Assembly (NCBI GenBank): GCA_027021615.1 | Contig: JALUTY010000085.1 | Location: 1-29,541 of the forward strand | Source of the DNA: a bacterium | GTDB lineage: Bacteria; Desulfobacterota; Deferrisomatia; Deferrisomatales; Deferrisomataceae | Reading direction: 5' to 3' | Length of the DNA stretch: 29,541 nucleotides | Shown: piece by piece, positions 9,150-17,782 of the stretch | Position numbering within the stretch: the stretch's first letter is position 1 | How the letters are laid out: every line of letters begins with the position of its first letter | The notes under the pieces: model-generated | The model's input: the letters and a program-made list of their open reading frames with translations, nothing else | The model's database searches: none | Told to the model about the DNA's origin: nothing | Position numbers and translations under genes: made by a program

Positions 9150-9293
9150 CTCCCTCTCTCCTTCGCTCCGGTTTCGTTTCGCGTCGTGGGGGCGGCCCGC
9201 CGACCGGCGGGTCAGCACGCGCCTCAGCCGCCTCCTCGAATCGTCCAGTATCCCACCACCACGATCAAGAGCAACCAGATCCACCCGTCCATC

Positions 9294-9551
9294 CTACTCC
9301 CCTTCGTCCCGCGCGCATTTCTCCCGGAGGAACCGGTGCAGGTCGATGTGGACCTCGCGGGGTACCTCGTCACGCTGGGCCGAGTACTTGTACAGGACCA
9401 CGGTCTTCTTGAGGGTGTTGAGGAACGCCACACAGGGGTTGCACCCCTCCATGTGGGCCTCGATCTCGGCACAGAGCGACGGGTCCAACTCCTCGTCGAT
9501 GTAGGCCGAGAGCTGCTCCAAGATCTCTTTGCACGTCAGTTTCCGGGTCAT
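9294..9551 (-). CDS. Zinc-finger anti-sigma factor-like protein
   Basis: CKEILEQLSAYIDEELDPSLCAEIEAHMEGCNPC; translationally coupled (ATGA) to the ECF sigma gene. Confidence 0.8.
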   Translation of the reverse strand: MTRKLTCKEILEQLSAYIDEELDPSLCAEIEAHMEGCNPCVAFLNTLKKTVVLYKYSAQRDEVPREVHIDLHRFLREKCARDEGE

Positions 9552-10150
9552 GGGGTCACCGCCCGCCCCCCGTGTTCCTCGCCGTCGGCGAAGTAAGGGC
9601 TCAGCTTTTCCCGTAAGTGGATCCGGGCCCGGTGCAGGCGGGTCTTCACCGCTCCCTCCGTGGTCCCGAGGATCTTCGCCGTGTCCGCCGTGCTCAGCCC
9701 CTCCACATCCCTCAGCAGCACCACTGCTCGATACAGGGGCGGCAGCTCCTGGATCGCCCGAACCAGCAGCTCACGGATCTCCCGCCGGAGCAATGCCTCC
9801 TTCGGGTCCACCGCCCAGTCACTCACCCCCCGCTGCCGGATCTCCTCGTGGGAAGGCAATGGGAGCTCCTCCCACGAGACGGTCTCGGGCTGTTTGCGCC
9901 GCAATCTCATCAGGGCGTGGTTCGTGGCGATTCGGTACAGCCACGTAGAGAACGCGGCGTTGCCCCGGAACGAGCCGAGCTTCTTGTAGGCGCTGAGATA
10001 TGTCTCCTGCAGCAGCTCCCGCGCGTCCTCCGGGTTGCCGGTCATGCGCAGTAGCAGGCTGTAGATCCTGCCCTCGGTGCGGGTAACCAGCGCCTCGAAG
10101 GCCTCGAAGTCGCCTGCTCGAGCCCGCTCCACCAACCAGGTTTCGTCCAT
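9548..10150 (-). CDS. ECF-family RNA polymerase sigma factor (RpoE-like)
   Basis: Sigma region 2 GRIYSLLLRMTGNPEDARELLQETYLSAYKKLGSFRG..FSTWLYRIATNHALMRLRR and region 4 LPPLYRAVVLLRDVEGLSTADTAKILGTTEGAVKTRLHRAR. Confidence 0.93.
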   Translation of the reverse strand: MDETWLVERARAGDFEAFEALVTRTEGRIYSLLLRMTGNPEDARELLQETYLSAYKKLGSFRGNAAFSTWLYRIATNHALMRLRRKQPETVSWEELPLPSHEEIRQRGVSDWAVDPKEALLRREIRELLVRAIQELPPLYRAVVLLRDVEGLSTADTAKILGTTEGAVKTRLHRARIHLREKLSPYFADGEEHGGRAVTP

Positions 10151-10304
10151 TGCGACATCCTTACGATGCAGGTGGGGGCCTCGGGGTTACGGGCGCGTCC
10201 GAAGCATAAAGGAGGGGCTGGTCCTGCGCAAGAAACCCAGGAATGCCGCGGCGGCTTCGAGAGGGCACGTTTGCGGTCTTGGGGGGCAAAAAAGGGGTGG
10301 CTCA

Positions 10305-10350
10305 CCACAATATGTCGTGGTATTATTTGGCCGCCCACAAGATGTGGCGC
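10305..10350 (+). promoter_or_regulatory. Candidate tandem NrdR boxes upstream of nrdD
   Basis: CCACAATATGTCGTGG (10305-10320) and CCACAAGATGTGGCGC (10335-10350), spaced 30 bp, matching consensus ACACWATATATWGTGT at about 13/16 and 10/16. Confidence 0.65.
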
Positions 10351-10399
10351 TTTTCTTCCCTCCTAACCCCCTGTTTTCCCTACGGAAGGAGCGACGGTC

Positions 10400-12544
10400 A
10401 TGGGCGAGGTCATGGAGCTCAACCGAGGAGGCCCGGTGCCCCGCGATTCGGACGCCACCGACCGGGTGCTGTTCGTCCGAACCTCGGACATGGAGATCGT
10501 CAACTGGGACCGGAGCCGTATCGTGGAGGCGCTGGTTCGGGAGACGTTCCTCGATCGGGACACGGCCGAACGGGTGGCCGAGGCGGTGGACCAGATGATC
10601 CACCGATCTCGGATCCAGGTGCTCACTGCGCCCCTGATCCGTGAGCTGGTGGACGCGAAGCTGATCGAGATGGGCCTCGAGAGCGCCCGCCGGATGCACA
10701 CCCGGCTCGGCATGCCCCTGTACGACGTGGAGGAGCTGCTGGTCGCTCCCAACAGGGAGAACGCCAACGTTCCCCACGGACCCGAGGCCACCAACCTGAC
10801 CCTGGCCGAGAACATCAAGAAGGAGTATGCGCTCCTGGCCGTGTTCAGCCAGGAGGTGGCCGACGCCCACATGCGCGGCGACCTCCACCTGCACGACCTC
10901 GGGTTCATCGACCGGCCCTACTGCTCGGGCCAGAGCCTGGAGTATCTCAAGAGGTTCGGTCTGAACCTGCCCAACAGCTTGGCCAATGCCCGGCCGGCCA
11001 AGCACCCCGAGGTGCTTCTGGCCCACATGGTCAAGTTCTCGGCCGCGCTCCAGTCCAACTTCGCAGGCGCCATCGGCTGGGACGCGGTGAACCTGTTCTT
11101 TGCTCCCTACCTGGAGGGGCTTCCGGACCGGGACGTGGAGCAGCTCGCCCAGATGTTGATTTTCGAGTACTCCCAGCAGGCCGTGGCCCGGGGAGGGCAG
11201 GCGATTTTCTCGGACATCAATCTGTATTGGGAGGTTCCCAAGCACTTCCAGGACGTGCCGGCCATCGGTCCCGGCGGCGAGTACACGGGCAAGACCTACG
11301 GCGACTACGAGAAGGAGGCCCAGCGGTTCCTGTGGAAGCTGTTCGACGTGTACGCCGAGGGCGACGCATCGGGCCGGCCGTTCTTCTTTCCGAAGCCCCT
11401 TGTCCACATCACGGAGAAGTTCTTCCAGACCGAGGGACACGAGCGGTTCCTCCACCGGATCTGCGAGGTGGCGGCCGAGAAGGGCAACACTTACTTCGTG
11501 TTCGACCGGGGGGACACGGCCAAGATCTCCGAGTGCTGCCGGCTGGCGTTCAAGCTGGAGAAGTCGGACCTGGAGGACGCCAAGCAGCCCTGGCGGATGC
11601 GGTACTCGGCCCTCCAGAACGTGACCCTGAACCTCCCCCGGATCGCGTACCGGGCGGGGGGCGACGACACCCGTCTGTTCCAGCAGCTGACAGAGAGGAT
11701 GGAGCTGGCCGCCCAGGCCCACCTGCAGAAGAAGGCTTTTATCGAGCGCCTGCTGAGCCAGGGGGAGCGGGGCCCCCTGTCGCTTCTGACCATGAACCGG
11801 GACGGCCAGCCCTACCTGAGGATGCACCGGGTGAGCTACCTGCTCGGCATGGTAGGGCTCAACGAGATGGTCAAGATCCACACCGGCCAGGAGCTCCACG
11901 GCAGCGAGGAGGCGTTTCGGTTCGGGCTGAAGGTGATCGCCCACATGAAGCTCACGGCTGACAAGCTCGCCCGGAAGCACGGTATGCACTTCGTGCTGGA
12001 GCAGACCCCGGCCGAGTCCACGGCCTACCGGTTCGCCAAGCTGGACCTCAAGTACTACTCTCCGGCGGCCGGCTCGGCCGTTCGGGGCGACGTGGCCCGG
12101 GGCGAGGTGTACTACACCAACTCCACCCAGCTCCACGTGGGCAGCCCCACCAACCCGGTGGACCGGGTCCGGCTGGAGGGCCTGTTCCACCCGCTCATCG
12201 AGGCCGGGGCGATCACCCACCTGTGGTTGGGGGAGGAGAGGCCCCATCCCGAGAGCTTGGCCCGGTTCGTGATGAAGATCTTCCGCAACACCCATAACGA
12301 CCAGGTGGCGTTCAGCCCCGAGTTCACCACCTGCGTGGCGTGCGCCCGCACGAGCCGGGGGCTGTCGGAGACCTGCCCGCACTGCGGCAGCGACGAGGTG
12401 GAGGGGATCACCCGGATCACCGGCTACTTCACCAAGATCAGCTCGTGGAACAAGGGCAAGATCGGCGAGCTCCACGATCGGCAGCGCACGGCGGGCTACT
12501 TCTCCGGCGCCCCCTCCGCCGGGGCCGGCGCGGCAGAGGCGTGA
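10400..12544 (+). CDS. nrdD: Anaerobic ribonucleoside-triphosphate reductase
   Basis: Full-length ORF; C-terminal CVACARTSRGLSETCPHCGSDEVEGITRITGYFTKISSWNKGKIGELHDR (Zn site and glycyl-radical RxxGY); HDLGFIDRPYCSGQSLEYL. Confidence 0.93.
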   Translation: MGEVMELNRGGPVPRDSDATDRVLFVRTSDMEIVNWDRSRIVEALVRETFLDRDTAERVAEAVDQMIHRSRIQVLTAPLIRELVDAKLIEMGLESARRMHTRLGMPLYDVEELLVAPNRENANVPHGPEATNLTLAENIKKEYALLAVFSQEVADAHMRGDLHLHDLGFIDRPYCSGQSLEYLKRFGLNLPNSLANARPAKHPEVLLAHMVKFSAALQSNFAGAIGWDAVNLFFAPYLEGLPDRDVEQLAQMLIFEYSQQAVARGGQAIFSDINLYWEVPKHFQDVPAIGPGGEYTGKTYGDYEKEAQRFLWKLFDVYAEGDASGRPFFFPKPLVHITEKFFQTEGHERFLHRICEVAAEKGNTYFVFDRGDTAKISECCRLAFKLEKSDLEDAKQPWRMRYSALQNVTLNLPRIAYRAGGDDTRLFQQLTERMELAAQAHLQKKAFIERLLSQGERGPLSLLTMNRDGQPYLRMHRVSYLLGMVGLNEMVKIHTGQELHGSEEAFRFGLKVIAHMKLTADKLARKHGMHFVLEQTPAESTAYRFAKLDLKYYSPAAGSAVRGDVARGEVYYTNSTQLHVGSPTNPVDRVRLEGLFHPLIEAGAITHLWLGEERPHPESLARFVMKIFRNTHNDQVAFSPEFTTCVACARTSRGLSETCPHCGSDEVEGITRITGYFTKISSWNKGKIGELHDRQRTAGYFSGAPSAGAGAAEA

Positions 12545-12692
12545 TCCCGGCTCTGCGGCAGACCCCATACCGCCTGGACTGTGGCGCCGTAAAGCAGAGC
12601 TGTTTGAAACGTTCAGGAGACAAAAGAAGCTTTTCGCCTTCTAGCGTTCTAGCTTTCCAGCGGGTCGAAGGCCCTGAATACTGGAGGATCCC

Positions 12693-12947
12693 ATGACGCT
12701 GTTCACGAAGGTCGGGTGCGGGAAGTGCGAGTACGTGAAGGAGCGGGTGGACCTGGCCGCCCTGGGCGTGGCGGTGGAGGAGCTGGGTCCGGAGAACCCG
12801 GACGCCCTGGCCCACCTGGCCTGGCATGGGCTGGTGAACGTGGCCGAGAGCAATCTGCCGATCCTGGTGCTGGAGGACTCGAGCTACCTCACGGGAGCCG
12901 TGCAGATCCGCAAGTACCTGGAGGGCCTGGGGGGGCAGGCCGCATAG
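12693..12947 (+). CDS. Glutaredoxin/thioredoxin-like small redoxin (CGKC)
   Basis: MTLFTKVGCGKCEYVKERVDL...LPILVLEDSSYLTGAVQIRKYLEGL; RBS GGAGG upstream; located between nrdD and nrdG. Confidence 0.8.
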   Translation: MTLFTKVGCGKCEYVKERVDLAALGVAVEELGPENPDALAHLAWHGLVNVAESNLPILVLEDSSYLTGAVQIRKYLEGLGGQAA

Positions 12948-13009
12948 CCGGCCCGTGCCGGGTGTGCCGCCCTGGTGGCGGACGCGGCCCGGGATCGACC
13001 GGTGTGCAA

Positions 13010-13031
13010 GGGGCGACGGGCGCGTCGCCCC
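13010..13031 (+). other. Short hairpin in the redoxin-nrdG spacer
   Basis: GGGGCGAC-GGGCGC-GTCGCCCC, perfect 8-bp stem, no U-tract. Confidence 0.5.
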
Positions 13032-13054
13032 TCGTCGTTCGAGCGGAGGCCGAG

Positions 13055-13819
13055 GTGGCGTCACTCCCGGAGATCAAAGGATTCCTGGAAACCTCCTTCA
13101 CGGACTGGAGGGGCCGGGTGGCTGCGGTGGTGTTCCTGGCCCGGTGCAACTTCCGGTGCCCGTACTGCCACAACCACCGGATCGTGACCTCGCCCCACGA
13201 GGTGCCCACCTGGCCGTGGCTGGAGGTGAAAAGCCGCCTGAGCCGGCTCCGGGGGTGGGTGGATGGGGTGTGTGTGACCGGGGGCGAGCCGACGCTCCAC
13301 CCGGGGCTCCCGGCCCTGCTGGAGCGGTTCCGCGCCCTGGGGTTCCGGATCAAGCTCGACACCAACGGGTCCCGGCCCGGGGTGTTGGCGTCGCTGCTGG
13401 AGGCGGGGTTGGTGGACCAGGTGGCCCTGGACGTAAAGGCGCCCCTGGAGCCCGTGCCTTACCGCCGCAACGCCGGCTCCGGTTCGGACCCAGAGATCGT
13501 GGCCGCCACCTTGGAGCTCCTGTCGCCCCTGTCCGTGCCCTTGGAGCTGCGTACCACGGTCCACCCGGCGCTCCTCAGCCGGGAGGAGCTATGCCGGTTG
13601 GGTAAGGATCTGGGGCGGAGGTTTGGGGGGCGGCCCGGGCAGGTGCGGTGGATCCTCCAGCGGTGCCGAGCCGAGGAGGTGCTGGACCCAGGGCTGCGGA
13701 GCGCGCCGCTGCTGTCCCCCGAGGAGTTCGCGGTGTGGGAGCACGCGGCCCGTGCGGCGTTCTCTGAGGTAGATCCCATGCCAGTCGGGGCGTTGGCGAC
13801 AGCCCGGAAACCCGGGTGA
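13055..13819 (+). CDS. nrdG: Anaerobic ribonucleoside-triphosphate reductase activating protein (radical SAM)
   Basis: FLARCNFRCPYCHNHRIV (CxxxCxxC), VTGGEPTLHPGL, LDTNGSRPGVL, VALDVKAPL. GTG start inferred. Confidence 0.85.
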   Translation: MASLPEIKGFLETSFTDWRGRVAAVVFLARCNFRCPYCHNHRIVTSPHEVPTWPWLEVKSRLSRLRGWVDGVCVTGGEPTLHPGLPALLERFRALGFRIKLDTNGSRPGVLASLLEAGLVDQVALDVKAPLEPVPYRRNAGSGSDPEIVAATLELLSPLSVPLELRTTVHPALLSREELCRLGKDLGRRFGGRPGQVRWILQRCRAEEVLDPGLRSAPLLSPEEFAVWEHAARAAFSEVDPMPVGALATARKPG

Positions 13820-13888
13820 TTTGCGGGTGTTCGGCCCACGACTGAAGTTCCTGGAGAAGCCGAAGGCGGGATGGGGGCCGCGGGGGCG

Positions 13889-15346
13889 CTAGCCGGCCGA
13901 TCCCCCCGGCCCTCGGCCAGGCACGAAGTCTCGCCGTGACAGACCGTACCGGGCCATCTTGCGCTCGATGGTCCGCCGGGACAGGCCCGAGGCCTGGATC
14001 AGATTCTTGATCCGGCCTCCGAACCTCCGCAGGTTGTGCTCCAGGTACGCCCGTTCGAACTCCTCCACCACCCGCCCCAGCGCCTCGTCGAACGGCAGCT
14101 CCCACTCGGCCGGAGCCCCGGAGGCCTGGGCAAAGGCCTCCGCTCCCATGGCCTCGCGCAGGTGGGACTCGTGGATGATCTTGCCCCGCCCCATCACCAC
14201 GGCGCTCTCGATGATGTTCCGGAGCTCGCGCACGTTGCCGGGGTAGTCGTACCGCTGAAGGGTGCGGGCGGCCCGGGGGTCGATGTCCTCGAACCCCTTC
14301 CCGTAGGCCCGGGCGAACCGCTGGAGGAACGCGTGGGCCAGGAGCAGGATGTCCTCCCGCCGCTCCCGCAGGGGCGGCAGCTCGATGTGTACGACCCGCA
14401 ACCGATAGTAGAGGTCGTTCCGGAACGAGCCGGCCTGTACCGCCTCGTGGAGCCTCCGGTTGGTGGCGGCCACGATTCGCACGTCCACCGGCCTAGGTCG
14501 GGTCTCGCCCACCCGGGTCACGGCCGAGTCCTGGAGCACCCGCAGCAGCTTCACCTGGAGCCGGGGATCCATCTCTCCGATCTCGTCCAGGAACAGGGTG
14601 CCGCAAGAGGCGGCCTCGAAGTAACCCTGGCGGTCCGCATGGGCGCCGGTGAACGCTCCCCGCACGTGGCCGAACAGCTCGGACTCCAGGAGGTTGCCGG
14701 GGATCGCCCCGCAGTTCACCGGCACGAACGGTCCGCCCGCCCGGCGGGACTCGGCGTGGATGGCCCGGGCGACCAGCTCCTTGCCGGTGCCCGACTCCCC
14801 CTCGAGCAGCACGGTGGCATCCGTGCGGGCGGCCCGGCGCACCCGCTCGAACACCCGGAGCATCGCGGGGCTCCGGCCCAGGAGCTCCCCCTGCAGCAAA
14901 GCTGCGGCCTTCTCCCGGCGAAGCGCCCGCACCTCGTCGCGCAGGCCCTTCATCTCGAGCGCCCGGCGCACTACGTGGAGGATCTCCTCCGGTAGGAGGG
15001 GCTTGCGCAGGTAGTCGAAGGCCCCCTCCCGCATCACCTCCACCGCGGAGTCCACCGAGGCGTGGGCTGTGATGACAAGGATCTCGGTTTCGGGCTGGGT
15101 GGACTTGGTCACCCGGACCACGTGCTCCCCCCCCCGGCCGCCCAGCACCAGGTCGGTGATCACCAGGTCGAAGGGGGCTCCCGAAAGGAGAAGCTCTGCC
15201 TGCTCGGCCGAGCTGGCCGTCTCCACGGTATAGCCCTCCCGCTCCAGCACCCGGCGGAGGAGGTCGAGCATGCCGGCCTCGTCGTCCACCACCAGGATCC
15301 GGGGAACGTGTTCCGCGGCCTTCTCAGCCTGTCGGGGATGGGCCAT
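13889..15346 (-). CDS. Sigma-54-dependent NtrC-family response regulator
   Basis: Receiver RILVVDDEAGMLDLL...DLVITDLVLGGRGG; AAA+ GESGTGKELVARAIH, GAFTGAHADRQGYFEAA, GTLFLDEIGEM; C-terminal HTH. Confidence 0.95.
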   Translation of the reverse strand: MAHPRQAEKAAEHVPRILVVDDEAGMLDLLRRVLEREGYTVETASSAEQAELLLSGAPFDLVITDLVLGGRGGEHVVRVTKSTQPETEILVITAHASVDSAVEVMREGAFDYLRKPLLPEEILHVVRRALEMKGLRDEVRALRREKAAALLQGELLGRSPAMLRVFERVRRAARTDATVLLEGESGTGKELVARAIHAESRRAGGPFVPVNCGAIPGNLLESELFGHVRGAFTGAHADRQGYFEAASCGTLFLDEIGEMDPRLQVKLLRVLQDSAVTRVGETRPRPVDVRIVAATNRRLHEAVQAGSFRNDLYYRLRVVHIELPPLRERREDILLLAHAFLQRFARAYGKGFEDIDPRAARTLQRYDYPGNVRELRNIIESAVVMGRGKIIHESHLREAMGAEAFAQASGAPAEWELPFDEALGRVVEEFERAYLEHNLRRFGGRIKNLIQASGLSRRTIERKMARYGLSRRDFVPGRGPGGSAG

Positions 15347-15402
15347 GGGTCCTCGGTATGAACCCCGGGGCCCGATCCGGGGCCCCGGGGAAGCGGAGAT
15401 CG

Positions 15403-16347
15403 TCAGAACACCCACACGACGTTGAGCCAGGTGCTCGATCCCTCGGGCATGTTCTTGCCATCGAACTCCCAAAGTTGCTTGGCCACCACGCTGAACCGTC
15501 CCTGGTTCGGCCACCACTTGAGCCCAGGGCCGATCGCGGCCAGCCGGCTGCGGTCGGAGTTCTCTTTCCCGTCGATCTCGTCGTCGGTGGTCTGCCAATA
15601 GTAGAACCCGTTCACCCCGAACCGCCAGCCCGGCTTGGGGGACCATCCCACGGCCCAGTCGAAGTGGAACTCCTGGCCCGGGTCGAGATCCACCTCTTTT
15701 GTGCTGCCGGCCGGCAGGTACTCATCGTTGGTGGTGTTGAAGTCGTACATGAGCTTCACGGAGAAGTCGAACCCGTTCCACAGGTAGGTGGCTGCTAGCA
15801 CCGGCTCGAACGTCCAGTGGTTTCGCGACAGGAGCTGGGTGGATGCGTCCTCGTTGTCGTAGTTCCCGGTGGGGGCCCAGATGTCCACGGCGAACACGGT
15901 GTGGAAGTTCGGGCCGAAGTGCCACCCCAAAATGAACGGGCTGAAAATGATGTCACCGAGCCCTCCGCTGGACTCATCCACCAGGCTCGTGCCTCCGGCC
16001 TTCACATCCACGTCCGCGGTGTAGAAGGGAATGAAGGCGTGCGCCCCCCACGAGGCGCCCAGGATCTTGTAGGGGCTGACCCAGATGAACCGGGGGATCG
16101 CTGCGAACACGCTCGCGTCGAACTCCACGGGGGTCTTTTTGCCCTCGTTGTCCATGAGCCGGTCCTTGTTGATATAGACGAGATAGTTCTTGAAGTAGAT
16201 CCCGGGCGGGGGCAGGGCGCCCACCACGAAGTCCTCGGCTCCGTTGGGGTAGTGCTGGCCTCCGCCGGCTACGGCGGAGCCCGCGCACAGCGTGAGCCCC
16301 AGGACCAATCCGGTCCACCACCAGGTCATGCCGCGTCCTCTTCTCAT
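15403..16347 (-). CDS. Outer-membrane protein, MetA-pathway phenol degradation (SphA)-like family
   Basis: Signal peptide MTWWWTGLVLGLTLCAGSAVA, then NGAEDFVVGALPPPGIYFKNYLVYINKD...GGLGDIIFSPFILGWHFGPNFHTVFAVDIWAPTGNYD...; beta-barrel-like alternation. Confidence 0.7.
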   Translation of the reverse strand: MRRGRGMTWWWTGLVLGLTLCAGSAVAGGGQHYPNGAEDFVVGALPPPGIYFKNYLVYINKDRLMDNEGKKTPVEFDASVFAAIPRFIWVSPYKILGASWGAHAFIPFYTADVDVKAGGTSLVDESSGGLGDIIFSPFILGWHFGPNFHTVFAVDIWAPTGNYDNEDASTQLLSRNHWTFEPVLAATYLWNGFDFSVKLMYDFNTTNDEYLPAGSTKEVDLDPGQEFHFDWAVGWSPKPGWRFGVNGFYYWQTTDDEIDGKENSDRSRLAAIGPGLKWWPNQGRFSVVAKQLWEFDGKNMPEGSSTWLNVVWVF

Positions 16348-16409
16348 GCGCCTTCCTCCTTTCCTTGCGAAGGGGGAGCTCCGGGCTCCCCGCAGGGGGG
16401 GTGTCAGCC

Positions 16410-17570
16410 CTACACCGGATCGGACCACCAGGGCTCGAACCGGTACGGGATGGGGGTTCCGTCCAGGCGGACCCGGGCGCCGCGGCTGTCCACGGGCACG
16501 GTGACGGAGCAGGTCACGGCCGAGGAGCCCTCCCAGCGTTTCCACTTCGCCCAGACCCCCGGGTCCCGGCTCAGGGCGAACACGGCCGGCCCCACCGAGC
16601 TCATGCCCACGATCTCGGCCCCCTCGTTTCGGAGCCGCTCCATGGTCGTCCAGACCTCCTTGCCCCGGTCGCCGTGGAGCTCGATCTCCGCCCTCTTGGA
16701 ACCTCCCTGGGACAGGTCCCAAAGCACGTCTCCCACGGCCCGGAGGTCGCCGGTGAGGGCGGCCGGCAGGAGGTCCATGAACACCCGGTACACCTTTTCC
16801 CGTGCCGCCTGCTCGTCCGCACGGCGGGCGGTTTGGACCAGAGATCGATACTCTGCCGCGCCCGACGAGACCTCGGGTGCGATCTGGGGCAGAATGAGCA
16901 GGGCCCGCAGGTCCTCGGGCAGGGCGACCCGTGCCAACAGCTCACATCGGTCCGACCCCACCACCAGACCCCCGTGCAGGCCGGCCATGGCGCCCACGTT
17001 GGTCTCGAACCCGGGCACCAGACGGGGCGGAGCCGAGGAGAGCTCCTCGCAGTAGTTGTGGGCGACCAGCTTGCGCAGGTCCCGCAGATCCAGGGGCCGT
17101 CCCAAGGCCTCGTTTAAGGCCAGGGCGGCCGCGGTCAGGGTTGCCACCGACGAGCCGAGCCCCATGTGCCGCCGGCCGTGGTCCCGGGTCTGGATCTCCA
17201 CCCCGCCGGGGTATCCGGTGAGGGTGAGGAAGAGGTGGGCCAGGTGCTGCCCCAGCAGGGGGCGGCTCCCCGTGGATCGAACCCCCGGGGCGTCGATCAG
17301 CGTGACCCGTGCCCGGGAGAACAGCCCCACCGCGAACCCCACCCCGCCGCCGCCGGGGCGGCCGAGGTCAAACCGGGTCATGTCCAACACCAGGGCGTGG
17401 AGCCGGCTCGGCACCTCGGCCTCGCACACCGTCCCGGCAGGTGAGGGCTCCACCGGCCGCAGATTTCCCCCCCACGCCACCGGCCAGACGAACCGGGACG
17501 GATCGCCGGGGGAGAAGGCCAGGGCCTCCAGGGACGGGCCAGTCAACAGGGCGCCTCCTGGACCATACAT
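16410..17570 (-). CDS. GHMP-superfamily protein, beta-ribofuranosylaminobenzene 5'-phosphate synthase-like
   Basis: VPSRLHALVLDMTRFDLGRPGGGGVGFAV, TRDHGRRHMGLGSSVATLTAAALALNEALGRPLD, FETNVGAMAGLHGGLVVGS. Confidence 0.65.
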   Translation of the reverse strand: MYGPGGALLTGPSLEALAFSPGDPSRFVWPVAWGGNLRPVEPSPAGTVCEAEVPSRLHALVLDMTRFDLGRPGGGGVGFAVGLFSRARVTLIDAPGVRSTGSRPLLGQHLAHLFLTLTGYPGGVEIQTRDHGRRHMGLGSSVATLTAAALALNEALGRPLDLRDLRKLVAHNYCEELSSAPPRLVPGFETNVGAMAGLHGGLVVGSDRCELLARVALPEDLRALLILPQIAPEVSSGAAEYRSLVQTARRADEQAAREKVYRVFMDLLPAALTGDLRAVGDVLWDLSQGGSKRAEIELHGDRGKEVWTTMERLRNEGAEIVGMSSVGPAVFALSRDPGVWAKWKRWEGSSAVTCSVTVPVDSRGARVRLDGTPIPYRFEPWWSDPV

Positions 17571-17782
17571 GGTTTTGTTCTGTAGTATTCAAACATCGGG
17601 CCATCTCGTGGGGGGACGCAGGTGCATTCGGGGGGAGACGGCCGGGCGGCCCGGAGCCGATCCGTTCGGCGCCTCGTCAACTGCCGTTGAACCCGCTTGT
17701 TGGCTGCCTCTTGAGCGGATCTCACCCAGAGGGGCGGCCGTGGCGGTCGATCATAACATGAGAAATCAAACATAGGTAGGAA

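Noticed and set aside
10187-12568. 793-aa minus-strand ORF antisense to nrdD
   Set aside because: Shadow ORF of the complementary frame in high-GC DNA; nrdD motifs are clear on plus.
12585-12632. Rho-independent terminator after nrdD (AAAAGAAGCTTTT region)
   Set aside because: Only a weak AT palindrome without a GC stem and T-tract; downstream redoxin and nrdG are probably co-transcribed.
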